From an uncultured delta proteobacterium (lineage in GTDB: Bacteria; Myxococcota_A; Polyangia; Polyangiales; B10-G4): DNA of 64,000 nucleotides. Location of the stretch: contig CAVSGI010000018.1 of assembly GCA_963727445.1 (NCBI GenBank), positions 1-64,000 on the forward strand, written 5' to 3'. Position 1 is the stretch's first letter; the number at the start of each line of letters is the position of its first letter. Below the pieces are notes generated by a model, which saw nothing but the letters and a program-made list of their open reading frames with translations, was not told the DNA's origin and did no database searches. The translations under genes and the position numbers were made by a program. Below are positions 9,717-18,102 of this stretch, in pieces.

Positions 9717-11190
9717 GAATCGTGAGCACCTGCTGTGGATCGTGGCCGACCTGAGTCGCCACGATGGCCGCCGCCACACCTCCCGCGGCGACGAGCCCCA
9801 CAGCCAACCAAAAATACCACGCTGCATAGAAGGGCGCCCGCTCCGACTCGGTCACGCTCACGTCGAGGACGTCCGGAGGTGCACCGAGCGCGCGCCCCTC
9901 CCCATCCAGGGCCCTCACCAGGCACTCGAGCGCGGTTTCCCGCTCGGGTGCATCGACCGAGAGGGCCACGGCACTGCGCTCCGACGCATCCAGGCGCACT
10001 GTGCTCACGGCAGCGCCGCAGCGGGCGGCCACCGCATCCACGCGCCTCTCCGGATCGCGGAGCTGCACGCGGATCGGGATCGCTTCGCCCAGCCCCACCT
10101 CGCTGGGCGCCGACACGCTCAGCGCGACGTCCGCTGGTGAGGGTGGCGTCAGCGTGCGGCCCGCGAGGAGCGCCGCCAGCACGGTGAAGGGCAGCGCCTC
10201 CCAATCGACCGCGTCGCCCTCGGCGGTGCGGATGACGTGCCCGTCGTCGTCGTAGAGCCTCATGGTGATCCCCGCGGCCGCGCGCGTCGCGATCACCGCC
10301 CGCTCGGCGCCGAGCGCGCGCGCCACCAGCGGCGCAGAGACCTCGTCGAGGGCCGCGAAGGATCGCTCCGGATCCGCGCTCTCCCACGCCGAGAGCGCGA
10401 CCAGCGCCAGCGTGGCGCCACTGATCCGCGGGAGCACCACGGGGACGCGGCCGCCTTCGCTCGCCTCGATCCACTGCGAGCGCGGCTCGTGGCCCGGCCG
10501 TCGCGCGGTGAGCAGATGTCGGACGCCGCTCTGAGCGCGGACCACCTCGCCGGGCGGCACTTCGCGACCGTCGATCCAGACCGTCGCATCTTCGGGAGAA
10601 CGCTCGACGTCGATCGCCACCTCGGGCGCGCGCGCGAGCTCCCGCCGGGCCGCGGACACGGCGCGGAGCACGGGCGGTCCGTATTGGTCGCGATCGGGGG
10701 CGAGGTCGGGGTCCAGAGTGACGGCGCTCTCGAGGTCCACCATGGCTTCGTCGTTGCGCTGCGTCGCGAGGCCCACCAGCGCCCTGCCGAACAGAAGCTG
10801 GGCGAGGCGCTTCGGGTCGGCAGGACGACGGGGATCCTCCATGGTGGCGTCGATGGCCTGGCTGAAAGCCTGCTCCGCGGGGCCGAAGCGCAGGTGCACG
10901 TAGGCATCCATGGCGGCGCGCTCCTGGGCATCCACCCGCTCGGCCACCGCCGCGCCCGGGGCGCTCGCGGCGCGCGCTGCGAGGCGATCGCCGACGCGCG
11001 CCGCATGAACGACGCGCATGTCGAGCTCGCGGGCGAGCGCTCGACTCAGGTCCCGTGCCTCGGTCGCGTTCAGTCCTCGCGGGACGAAGAGCAGCGTCTG
11101 AGGCGCACGCGGCTGCGCGGCGCTCTGTCCGGGGCCGCCGAGGATCACCACCGTGATCACGGCGAGGCCCCCGAGTGCACGCCCAAGCAT
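9706..11190 (-). CDS. Secreted TPR/PEGA-domain protein with C-terminal membrane anchor
   Basis: Signal peptide, TPR-like helices, PEGA (SPEDATVWIDG..RRPGHEP), C-terminal PFYAAWYFW followed by a TM helix. Confidence 0.75.
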   Translation of the reverse strand: MLGRALGGLAVITVVILGGPGQSAAQPRAPQTLLFVPRGLNATEARDLSRALARELDMRVVHAARVGDRLAARAASAPGAAVAERVDAQERAAMDAYVHLRFGPAEQAFSQAIDATMEDPRRPADPKRLAQLLFGRALVGLATQRNDEAMVDLESAVTLDPDLAPDRDQYGPPVLRAVSAARRELARAPEVAIDVERSPEDATVWIDGREVPPGEVVRAQSGVRHLLTARRPGHEPRSQWIEASEGGRVPVVLPRISGATLALVALSAWESADPERSFAALDEVSAPLVARALGAERAVIATRAAAGITMRLYDDDGHVIRTAEGDAVDWEALPFTVLAALLAGRTLTPPSPADVALSVSAPSEVGLGEAIPIRVQLRDPERRVDAVAARCGAAVSTVRLDASERSAVALSVDAPERETALECLVRALDGEGRALGAPPDVLDVSVTESERAPFYAAWYFWLAVGLVAAGGVAAAIVATQVGHDPQQVLTIHGP

Positions 11191-11256
11191 GGCCGGAGAT
11201 TATCACGGGGCGCGAGCGTCCTTCGATCCGTGGCGACGCCGTGAGAGAGTCACCCC

Positions 11257-11970
11257 ATGCATCGACTTCGGCCGCTCTTGTCGCTCCTGCTTCTCACCGT
11301 CTCCGCCCCCGCCGCCCCGGCCTTCGCCCAGATGACCGCGGGTCCCTCCGATGACGTCGAGACGATCATGAACGGACTCGGCCCCGGCGACGAGCTGATC
11401 CTCGACGACGGGATGTACACCCTCTCCGGTCGCTTCGGCGTCAGTTCGGCCGGCATCCGCGATTGCCGCGTGTCCCAGGGCGACGGCATCGAGGTCAAGG
11501 AAGGTAGCAGCGGCAACGTGATCCGCGACAACGTGCTCTGGAACTGCGGCGACCACGGGATCCAGTCCGCCGCCGACGCGACCATCCGGAACAACATCAT
11601 CCTCAGCGCGGGATCCGACGGGATCGCCATGCAGCCGCATCAGACCGGCATCCCCTCCAACCTGATGGTCGTCCACAACACCATCCTGAAAGCGACGAAC
11701 GACTACGTGACCGCGGACGACTTCAACGGCACCGACCGGATGGGCGTGGCCGACATCGGCGCCTACGCCTGGGCCGCGGGCGGCAACCCCGGCTGGACCC
11801 TCGCCGCGGGCTTCAAGGACGCGACGGGTGGAGGGACTCCGCCAGGCGGTGACGGGGGCGCGGGCACGCCCGATGGAGGCAGCGGCACCCCCGATGGCGG
11901 CAGCGGCACGCCCGACGGCGGCGACACGGGCGTCGTGGGCGTCCCCGACGACGCGGGGATGCCGGGTTGA
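11257..11970 (+). CDS. Short right-handed beta-helix protein, apparently internally deleted or truncated
   Basis: Signal peptide; GPGDELILDDGMY, GDGIEVKEGSSGNVIRDNV, GIQSAADATIRNNII, DIGAYA; Gly/Pro/Asp linker with no sorting signal. Confidence 0.55.
   Translation: MHRLRPLLSLLLLTVSAPAAPAFAQMTAGPSDDVETIMNGLGPGDELILDDGMYTLSGRFGVSSAGIRDCRVSQGDGIEVKEGSSGNVIRDNVLWNCGDHGIQSAADATIRNNIILSAGSDGIAMQPHQTGIPSNLMVVHNTILKATNDYVTADDFNGTDRMGVADIGAYAWAAGGNPGWTLAAGFKDATGGGTPPGGDGGAGTPDGGSGTPDGGSGTPDGGDTGVVGVPDDAGMPG
11863..11922. repeat. 21-bp coding tandem repeat x3 (GTPDGGS)
   Basis: ggcacgcccgatggaggcagc / ggcacccccgatggcggcagc / ggcacgcccgacggcggc. Confidence 0.85.
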
Positions 11971-13322
11971 GTCACGACGTCGACCTCTTCGTCATCGGCG
12001 GCGGCTCGGGGGGCGTGCGCGCCGCGCGCGTGAGCGCTGGTCACGGCGCCAGGGTGACCCTCGCCGAAGCGAGTCACCTCGGCGGCACCTGCGTCAATCT
12101 CGGCTGCGTCCCGAAGAAGCTCTTCGCTCTCGCGTCGCGTCACGGAGAGGGCTTCGAGGATGCAAAGGGCTTCGGGTGGGTGTTGCCAGGACCGGCGCGC
12201 TTCGATTGGCCGACGCTGCGTGAGAACAAGAACGCCGAGATCGCACGGCTCAACGGCGTGTACGGGGATCTGTTGGAGCGCGCGGGCGTCGAGGTGATCC
12301 GCGGGCGAGCCCAGGTGGAGGGGCCGCACGAGGTAAGCGTCGGGGAGCGCCGGATCACGGCCGAGCACATCCTGGTCGCCACCGGCAGTCAGCCCTGGGC
12401 GCCCGAGATCCCGGGCGTCGAGCACGGCGTCTTCAGCGACGCGATGTTCTTCCTGGACGGGCTACCCCGCCGCGCCGTGGTCGCGGGCGGCGGCTACACC
12501 GGGGTGGAGTTCGCCTCGATCCTGAACGGCTTCGGCGTGGAGGTGCACCTCGTTCACAAGTACGAGCACCTCTTGAGCGCGTTCGATCAGGACGTGCAGA
12601 AGCACCTCACGGAGCAGATCCGTCTCAAGGGCGTCCACGTCCATGCGCTGCGCACCATCGAGGAGATCGCGCTCGAGGACGGCGTGCGCGTGTCGACGCT
12701 CGACGACGGCTCGACGCTCGAGAGCGAGCTGGTGCTCGCGGCGGTGGGGCGCCGCCCTCGCGCGCGGGGCTTCGGCCTCGAAGAGGTCGGGGTCGCGCTC
12801 GGACCGAACGGCGGGATCGTCGTGGACGACGAGCTGCGAAGCTCCGTGCCGAGCATCAGCGCCCTCGGCGACGTCATCGATCGCGTGCCGCTCACACCGG
12901 TCGCGATCGCGGAGGGCATGGCGTACGCCGCGAACCGCTTCGCGGGCCGTCCGGTCGAGCTCGACTACGACGACATCCCCACGGCGGTTTTCAGCAATCC
13001 CGAGGTCGGCGCCGTGGGACTCTCCGAGCAGGCCGCATGGCATCGCGGTGAAGTCTGCCAAGTCTATCGCTCCACCTTTCGACCGATGAAGAAGACCTTC
13101 AGCACCCATCACGACAAGATGATGATGAAGCTCGTCGTCTGCGCGAAGACCAATCGGGTCTTGGGCGTGCACGTGGTCGGTCCCGACGCCGGGGAGATCG
13201 TTCAAGGCTTCGCCGTCGCCGTGAAATACGGCATCACCAAAGCCCAGCTCGACGCCACGGTGGGCATCCATCCCACCGCTGCCGAAGAGCTGGTGACGAT
13301 GCGCGAGCCGGTCTCCTCCTGA
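11967..13322 (+). CDS. gor: Glutathione-disulfide reductase
   Basis: IGGGSGGVRAAR, GGTCVNLGCVPKK redox disulfide, IPTAVFSNPE, VGIHPTAAEELVTM. Confidence 0.93.
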   Translation: MSHDVDLFVIGGGSGGVRAARVSAGHGARVTLAEASHLGGTCVNLGCVPKKLFALASRHGEGFEDAKGFGWVLPGPARFDWPTLRENKNAEIARLNGVYGDLLERAGVEVIRGRAQVEGPHEVSVGERRITAEHILVATGSQPWAPEIPGVEHGVFSDAMFFLDGLPRRAVVAGGGYTGVEFASILNGFGVEVHLVHKYEHLLSAFDQDVQKHLTEQIRLKGVHVHALRTIEEIALEDGVRVSTLDDGSTLESELVLAAVGRRPRARGFGLEEVGVALGPNGGIVVDDELRSSVPSISALGDVIDRVPLTPVAIAEGMAYAANRFAGRPVELDYDDIPTAVFSNPEVGAVGLSEQAAWHRGEVCQVYRSTFRPMKKTFSTHHDKMMMKLVVCAKTNRVLGVHVVGPDAGEIVQGFAVAVKYGITKAQLDATVGIHPTAAEELVTMREPVSS

Positions 13323-13349
13323 CCTCGCGCGCTTCGTTCCGTGAAATCA

Positions 13350-13446
13350 ACGCCTGGTGGGCCGTCATCGCGCGAGTGGAAGGGGAGGGTGCGATGACGG
13401 CCCTGGGCTCTTTCGAGCCCAACCCGCTAAGCGGGCACCAGTGCGT
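13350..13446 (-). ncRNA. Candidate structured RNA, four-way junction, family unknown (strand uncertain)
   Basis: Four perfect helices: 13354-59/13436-41, 13360-71/13391-402, 13404-10/13415-21 (GAAA loop on the minus strand) and 13423-27/13431-35. Confidence 0.55.
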
Positions 13447-16400
13447 CAAACCCCCGCGCGGCCGGCGATGCGCAGGCGGTCGAGAGACCCCGACACGTCG
13501 GCGACCGTGATCTCCCTGAAAGCCAGCGGGGCAGGCCGGAGGGAGCCAGGCTCATGGGCCATCGCACGGGGACGAACCCCGCGCTTGGCCATGGCCTGGG
13601 TGAGCCAGCGGAGCCGCTCTGCCTCGTCGGTCTCGGCGAGCGCGGCGCGGTGGCCCTCGACGAGATCGCCGAGGTGCGCGTCGATCCGCTGCTTGTCGAG
13701 CTCGGTGAGGGCCGCACCGCAGATGAGCGGCACCAGGAGCTCGGCATTCGTGAGTGGCAGGTAGGTTCCACGGGTCGTCTCGGCGACCTTGCGAAAGACC
13801 GCCTCGGCGGCCACGTAGTGCCGAAGGCCGGGAAGGCAACCCACGGCATAGATGGCGATGCCCATCTCCCGGCACGACTCGGCCTGGGCGTACCAGTGAT
13901 TGCCGCAGGGGCACCCTCTGGGGAAGCCGTCACCGCCCGGCTCGACCCCATGGGGTGGGGCGTCCCCGAACCAGACGACGGCCTTTGCCGCCCCAGGACG
14001 CCAGTCCATGCGAACCACGTCGAAGAGGCCATCGGTCACCGATTCGGGACCGTCGCCCCCGCCCGCCGCGCGCATGGAGCGGACCGCCTCCTCGATCTCC
14101 TTCACCGCGGCGGTGAGGGGGAAGGCGCGGCTCGGATAGGAATGGTCCTGAGGCGGATGGTCCCGGTAGGTCACCAGCCCCAGCCGCAGACTCTTCATCA
14201 GCGGCGCCGACTCGAGGGCGGCGATCAGGTCGAGCAGGCGCTCCTTCACCTGCTCGATGTAGGGGCCCATGCTCCCGGTCTCGTCGACGAGGAAGACCAG
14301 GTCGAGCTCGCCGCTCTCGCGCGAGGCCAGCCACTTCAGCTCGTCCGCGTCATAGGCCTCCGATCCGGGCGGCTCCGCCACGATCTGCGGGGCGCTCGGG
14401 GCGACGATGCGGGGGCGGCTGGGGGTGATCCGGCGCCCGAACGCCCGCCGAACCGCGCCCGCGGCCGCGTCGATGACCGAGGAGCCGCCGCTTGGCGAGC
14501 GCGCATCGGGGGCTTCTTCGCACAGCTCGGCGTCGAGAGCGCACATGGGCGCGGGCATCCTCTCGCGCGCGCCGATCCGGCGGCTATGGGGAGCCCCGTG
14601 GGTGACGTCGGGCGCGGCGGTGGGGGTTGGAACGGTGGTGGGCCGGGGATCCCCGTCGCTCACCACGCGATCGTCCTCGGCGACGAGGGAGGTGAAGCGC
14701 GTGACCAGATGGTGCGCCAGCGCCAGGTCGGTGGCCTCCTTCTTCAGCGCATCCTCACGGCCGCGCCCCTCGTCGATCCGATCACAGAGCGCGTCCACGC
14801 GCGCCCGCGCCCAGAGGCGGCTGAGGCCGGGAGCCGCGCCAGCTTCGGTGGGAAGGGCAATGGGCAGCTCCTGCCGAAAGGGCGCGCCGCTCGCGGTGGC
14901 GCCGGTGATCACCAGCTTCGCGTCCCCGTCGCCGCGGAAGCGACCGACCACGTGCACTGGCTGGCCGGCGTAGAGGTCGGGGATCACCGCGGGATGGATC
15001 TGCTCCGCGTCGCCTCCCTCGAGGGTGATCGACAGGCCGGTGAGCACCGGGCCCGCCTCCACCACGCGGCGGACGAATCGCTTCATCGTCGGCTCGACGT
15101 CGCCGCGCTCCTCGAGGAAGTCGGCGGCGCCGCCGCCCGCCTCGGCGATGCGCGAGACCAGGCGACGGTCGACCGCCGGACCCACGCCCAGCGCGTAGAC
15201 GCGCGTTCCGTCGGCGGCGAGGTCCTGGGCGCGGCGCACGAGGCTCTTGGTGTTGCCGATGGCCGCGTCGGTGACGAGGACGATCAGCCGCGTGCGCTCG
15301 TCGCGCTTCGGAAGCTCCGCAGCTTCGCGGAGGGCGCGTTCGAGCTCGGTGCCTCCACGCGGGCGCAGCACCTCGAGGAAGGAGTCGATGCGCGAGATCA
15401 CGCTGCTCGACACGCTGTGGAAGCTCCGCCCCTCGCCGTCGAAGGCCTCGCGCTCGTGATCGAAAGCGATGAGCTGCACCGCGTCGCCGGGCGCGAGGCC
15501 CTCGAGCATCGCCCGGATGGCGCGGCGCGCCTGGGGCAGGCCGTTGCGCATCGACGCCGAGCGATCGACGAGGATCGCCACGTCGCGGGGGCGGGTGGCG
15601 CGGGTTCGACGTCCCTCGGGGCTGGGCGCGAGGATCGCGCCACAGAAGCCGCAGGGAAAGGCCGGGCCGATCCCCGGCACGTCGATCACGCCGGCGGGGT
15701 CGCCGATGAGACCGCCGCAGTTGCCGCAGGTGATGGCGCCGAGCTCGCCCGGACCCTTGCGCCGCGCCGTGCCCTTTCGCTCCGCCGCGGGCGTGAGGAG
15801 CGCGAGGAACGTCCCCGGCTCACCGGGACTTCGCTCGAAGACGACGCGGGGACGCACCCCGGCGTCGCCCGCGCGGAAGGTGAGGACGAAGTCGCGGTTG
15901 TCGATCGCGTCCCCCGCTTCGAGAACCACCCGCGCGTGGCGCGCCCGATCGCGCTCGATGCGCACGGCGTGCGTCGCGCACCTGAGGTGGTCGACCTCGT
16001 CGTCCATCTCGAGCTCCACCGCGATGGACACGTCGCCGCTGCGCTTGCCGGTCGGCAGACGCGGCGGCGAAAGGCGGTGGCCGGTCGGCAGCTCGCCCTC
16101 CGTCTCCCGGTAGCGCTCCGGCGCACAGAGCGGGAAGACGAAACGCCACTCGCCGTCGTCGTAGGAGAGCAGCTCGTGGTAGGCGAGGGTGACGATCACC
16201 TCGGCGCCGGCGGGGACGTTGGCGACGCTCATGGTGAAGAGGCTCGGCTCGTCCTCTTCGAGCAGCGTCGCCGAGCGGCCCGCAGCCAGAGCGGCTTCGT
16301 AGTCACGGCGTGCCTCGGCGCGCGTCTTGACCACGGCGTCGACGACGCGGTCGTCGATACGAAAGGACAGCCGGTGGACGGAAGCGCGCGCGGGGAGCGG

Positions 16401-16604
16401 GAAGGCGTAGCGGACCTCGATGGCGTCTTCGCCGTCGTTGACGAAGCGCTGCGCCACCTCCACCTCGGACAGCGGCCCGCGAATGCGCGCCTTCATATCC
16501 GTCTGCCTCAGCGGCAGTCGATGGCCGGCCTCGGTCGTCAGCGTTCCTTCGCCCGGGGGCTCGGGGTCGCGGCTGGTGGTGGGGATGGTTTCGGGGGTCG
16601 TCAT
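13446..16604 (-). CDS. VIT + Zn-ribbon + vWA + second vWA domain protein
   Basis: VIT (VAQRFVN..YAFPLP..FTMSVANV); CGNC..CGFC; vWA1 LVDRSASM; vWA2 LVFLVDETGSM..GGGDGPE..GDAPPHG; GGAG RBS before ATG 16604. Confidence 0.85.
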   Translation of the reverse strand: MTTPETIPTTSRDPEPPGEGTLTTEAGHRLPLRQTDMKARIRGPLSEVEVAQRFVNDGEDAIEVRYAFPLPARASVHRLSFRIDDRVVDAVVKTRAEARRDYEAALAAGRSATLLEEDEPSLFTMSVANVPAGAEVIVTLAYHELLSYDDGEWRFVFPLCAPERYRETEGELPTGHRLSPPRLPTGKRSGDVSIAVELEMDDEVDHLRCATHAVRIERDRARHARVVLEAGDAIDNRDFVLTFRAGDAGVRPRVVFERSPGEPGTFLALLTPAAERKGTARRKGPGELGAITCGNCGGLIGDPAGVIDVPGIGPAFPCGFCGAILAPSPEGRRTRATRPRDVAILVDRSASMRNGLPQARRAIRAMLEGLAPGDAVQLIAFDHEREAFDGEGRSFHSVSSSVISRIDSFLEVLRPRGGTELERALREAAELPKRDERTRLIVLVTDAAIGNTKSLVRRAQDLAADGTRVYALGVGPAVDRRLVSRIAEAGGGAADFLEERGDVEPTMKRFVRRVVEAGPVLTGLSITLEGGDAEQIHPAVIPDLYAGQPVHVVGRFRGDGDAKLVITGATASGAPFRQELPIALPTEAGAAPGLSRLWARARVDALCDRIDEGRGREDALKKEATDLALAHHLVTRFTSLVAEDDRVVSDGDPRPTTVPTPTAAPDVTHGAPHSRRIGARERMPAPMCALDAELCEEAPDARSPSGGSSVIDAAAGAVRRAFGRRITPSRPRIVAPSAPQIVAEPPGSEAYDADELKWLASRESGELDLVFLVDETGSMGPYIEQVKERLLDLIAALESAPLMKSLRLGLVTYRDHPPQDHSYPSRAFPLTAAVKEIEEAVRSMRAAGGGDGPESVTDGLFDVVRMDWRPGAAKAVVWFGDAPPHGVEPGGDGFPRGCPCGNHWYAQAESCREMGIAIYAVGCLPGLRHYVAAEAVFRKVAETTRGTYLPLTNAELLVPLICGAALTELDKQRIDAHLGDLVEGHRAALAETDEAERLRWLTQAMAKRGVRPRAMAHEPGSLRPAPLAFREITVADVSGSLDRLRIAGRAGV

Positions 16605-16647
16605 GGTGGTCACTCCTTCCAAGAGACCGACCCCGGCGGCGAAAACA

Positions 16648-16727
16648 CGTCACCGCGTCTGCGCCGAAAAATCTCAAGTGTTCGTGATCACGACACTCTT
16701 CGTTTTGGCGAAAAAAAGTCGGTGACG
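16648..16727. promoter_or_regulatory. Extended dyad-symmetry element in the divergent VIT/RCK intergenic region
   Basis: Centre CGTGATCACG, inner GTGT/ACAC-type arms, CGCC-AAAA/TTTT-GGCG arms, and equidistant outer arms CGTCACCG/CGGTGACG. Confidence 0.5.
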
Positions 16728-16768
16728 AAATCGACGAGCCGTCGTCCAGCCTCTTGTAGGCTCCGCCG

Positions 16769-18016
16769 ATGAGCCGGAGTCCCCTGTCCTGGACGCTCCG
16801 AGTCGCGGCGGTCCTCATCGTCCTCGGGATGGCCCTCTATGCGTTTTCCGTCGGCGTCGACGTGACCGATCGTCCCGGGCTCTCGGGCCACGGGCTCATG
16901 ACCCACTTCTACTACGCGGTGGGCCTCTTCTTTCTCGGCGGCATGGACCTGGGCACGCCGCGCGGCGGGCCGGAGGTCGCGCGCGCCATGATGTGGTTCG
17001 CGTACTTCGCCGCACCGACCATCACCACCGGCGCCGTCATCGAGGGCCTCTTGCGCATCATCGGGTCGCATTGGCTCGACCGCTTCGGCCTCCGCAATCA
17101 CGTGGTGGTGGTGGGCCTCGGACGCGTGGGCATGAGCTTCGTCGAAGCCCTGCGCGAGCGCGAGCCGGGACGGGTGATCGTCGTCGTCGACCGCGAGCTG
17201 GGGCAGGCCAACATCGAGCAGGCGCGCCGGCGCTTCGGCGCGCGCTTCGTTCCCGGCGACATCCGACTCAAGGGGACACTCTCCCAGCTCTCCCTCGATC
17301 GCGCCTACGCCATCGCGCTCATGACCGACGACGACCTCACGAACCTCGAAGCTGGCTGGGCGGTCGCCAAGCGCTTCCCGAACCTCTCGGTCGTGGCCCA
17401 CGTGAGCGACATCGCCATGAACCGCGCGGTTCGGGCCGCGGTGGAGGACGAGGACGGCGGACGACTGCGGGTCTTCAACCGACATCGCCTCGCCGCGCGC
17501 CACCTCTACGACGAGCACCTCCGGGCGATCTTCTGCGGCTCGGAGCCACAGGACACGGTGGTCCTCGCCGGCTTCGGGCGCTTCGGTCAGACCATCCTCG
17601 AGTTTTTGGAGCAGCAGGCCGCACACGAGATCGGCAAGGTGGTCATCGTGGACAAGCTCGCGGGTGCGCGGCTGCGCACCTTCCGCGAACAGGTGAAGTC
17701 CGAAGCGCAATGCCACGTGGCCGTGGTCGAGGGGGACGTCTCGGATCCCCAGGTCTGGGATCGGGTGGGGGCCCTGCTCGGAGATATCGACAACCCGCCG
17801 GTGATCGTCCTCGGATGCGACGACGATCGGGTCAATCTCCGGGGCGCGATGTACCTCAGGCCTCGCTGGCCCGACGCTCAGCTCTTCGTCCGCACCCAGC
17901 ACGAGTCGGCCTTCACCGAAGAGCTCTCCGACAAACACCACTTCAAGGTCCTGGCCATCGATCAAGTGCTCGAAGAGGCGCTCAAGCTCGAGCAGCATGC
18001 CTGGCTCGCGGACTGA
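16769..18016 (+). CDS. Membrane protein with channel-like N-terminus and two TrkA-N/RCK domains
   Basis: TM - pore-like helix (FYYAVGLFFLGG) - TM, then HVVVVGLGRVG and VVLAGFGRFG Rossmann motifs. Confidence 0.8.
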   Translation: MSRSPLSWTLRVAAVLIVLGMALYAFSVGVDVTDRPGLSGHGLMTHFYYAVGLFFLGGMDLGTPRGGPEVARAMMWFAYFAAPTITTGAVIEGLLRIIGSHWLDRFGLRNHVVVVGLGRVGMSFVEALREREPGRVIVVVDRELGQANIEQARRRFGARFVPGDIRLKGTLSQLSLDRAYAIALMTDDDLTNLEAGWAVAKRFPNLSVVAHVSDIAMNRAVRAAVEDEDGGRLRVFNRHRLAARHLYDEHLRAIFCGSEPQDTVVLAGFGRFGQTILEFLEQQAAHEIGKVVIVDKLAGARLRTFREQVKSEAQCHVAVVEGDVSDPQVWDRVGALLGDIDNPPVIVLGCDDDRVNLRGAMYLRPRWPDAQLFVRTQHESAFTEELSDKHHFKVLAIDQVLEEALKLEQHAWLAD

Positions 18017-18102
18017 GTGATTCCGAGCACTTGGGGCGGCCGCCCCCAACGCGATCCAAGTGTAATTGCTGCGCACCCCACGTACACGGCATCACATGGA
18101 TC

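Noticed and set aside
13350..13446. tRNA, hammerhead ribozyme or plain rho-independent terminator reading of the cloverleaf
   Set aside because: No D-loop GG, T-loop GTTCRA or 7-nt anticodon loop; no CUGANGA core; no U-tract on either strand.
13554..16772. 1,072-aa plus-strand ORF and many similar long antisense or alternate-frame ORFs (e.g. 36860-38497, 48116-50254, 53168-55525)
   Set aside because: Expected stop-poor shadows of real genes in very GC-rich DNA; no family motifs.
18028..18062. Hairpin after the RCK gene (CACTTGG...CCAAGTG enclosing GGGGCGGCCGCCCC)
   Set aside because: Short GC-rich stem without a U-tract; cannot be distinguished from chance or a generic 3' stabiliser.
16993..18102. 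N-terminal extension of the 934-aa ORF (apparent DUF1592 fusion)
   Set aside because: It overlaps the RCK gene out of frame; the real start is ATG 18103, followed by a lipoprotein signal.
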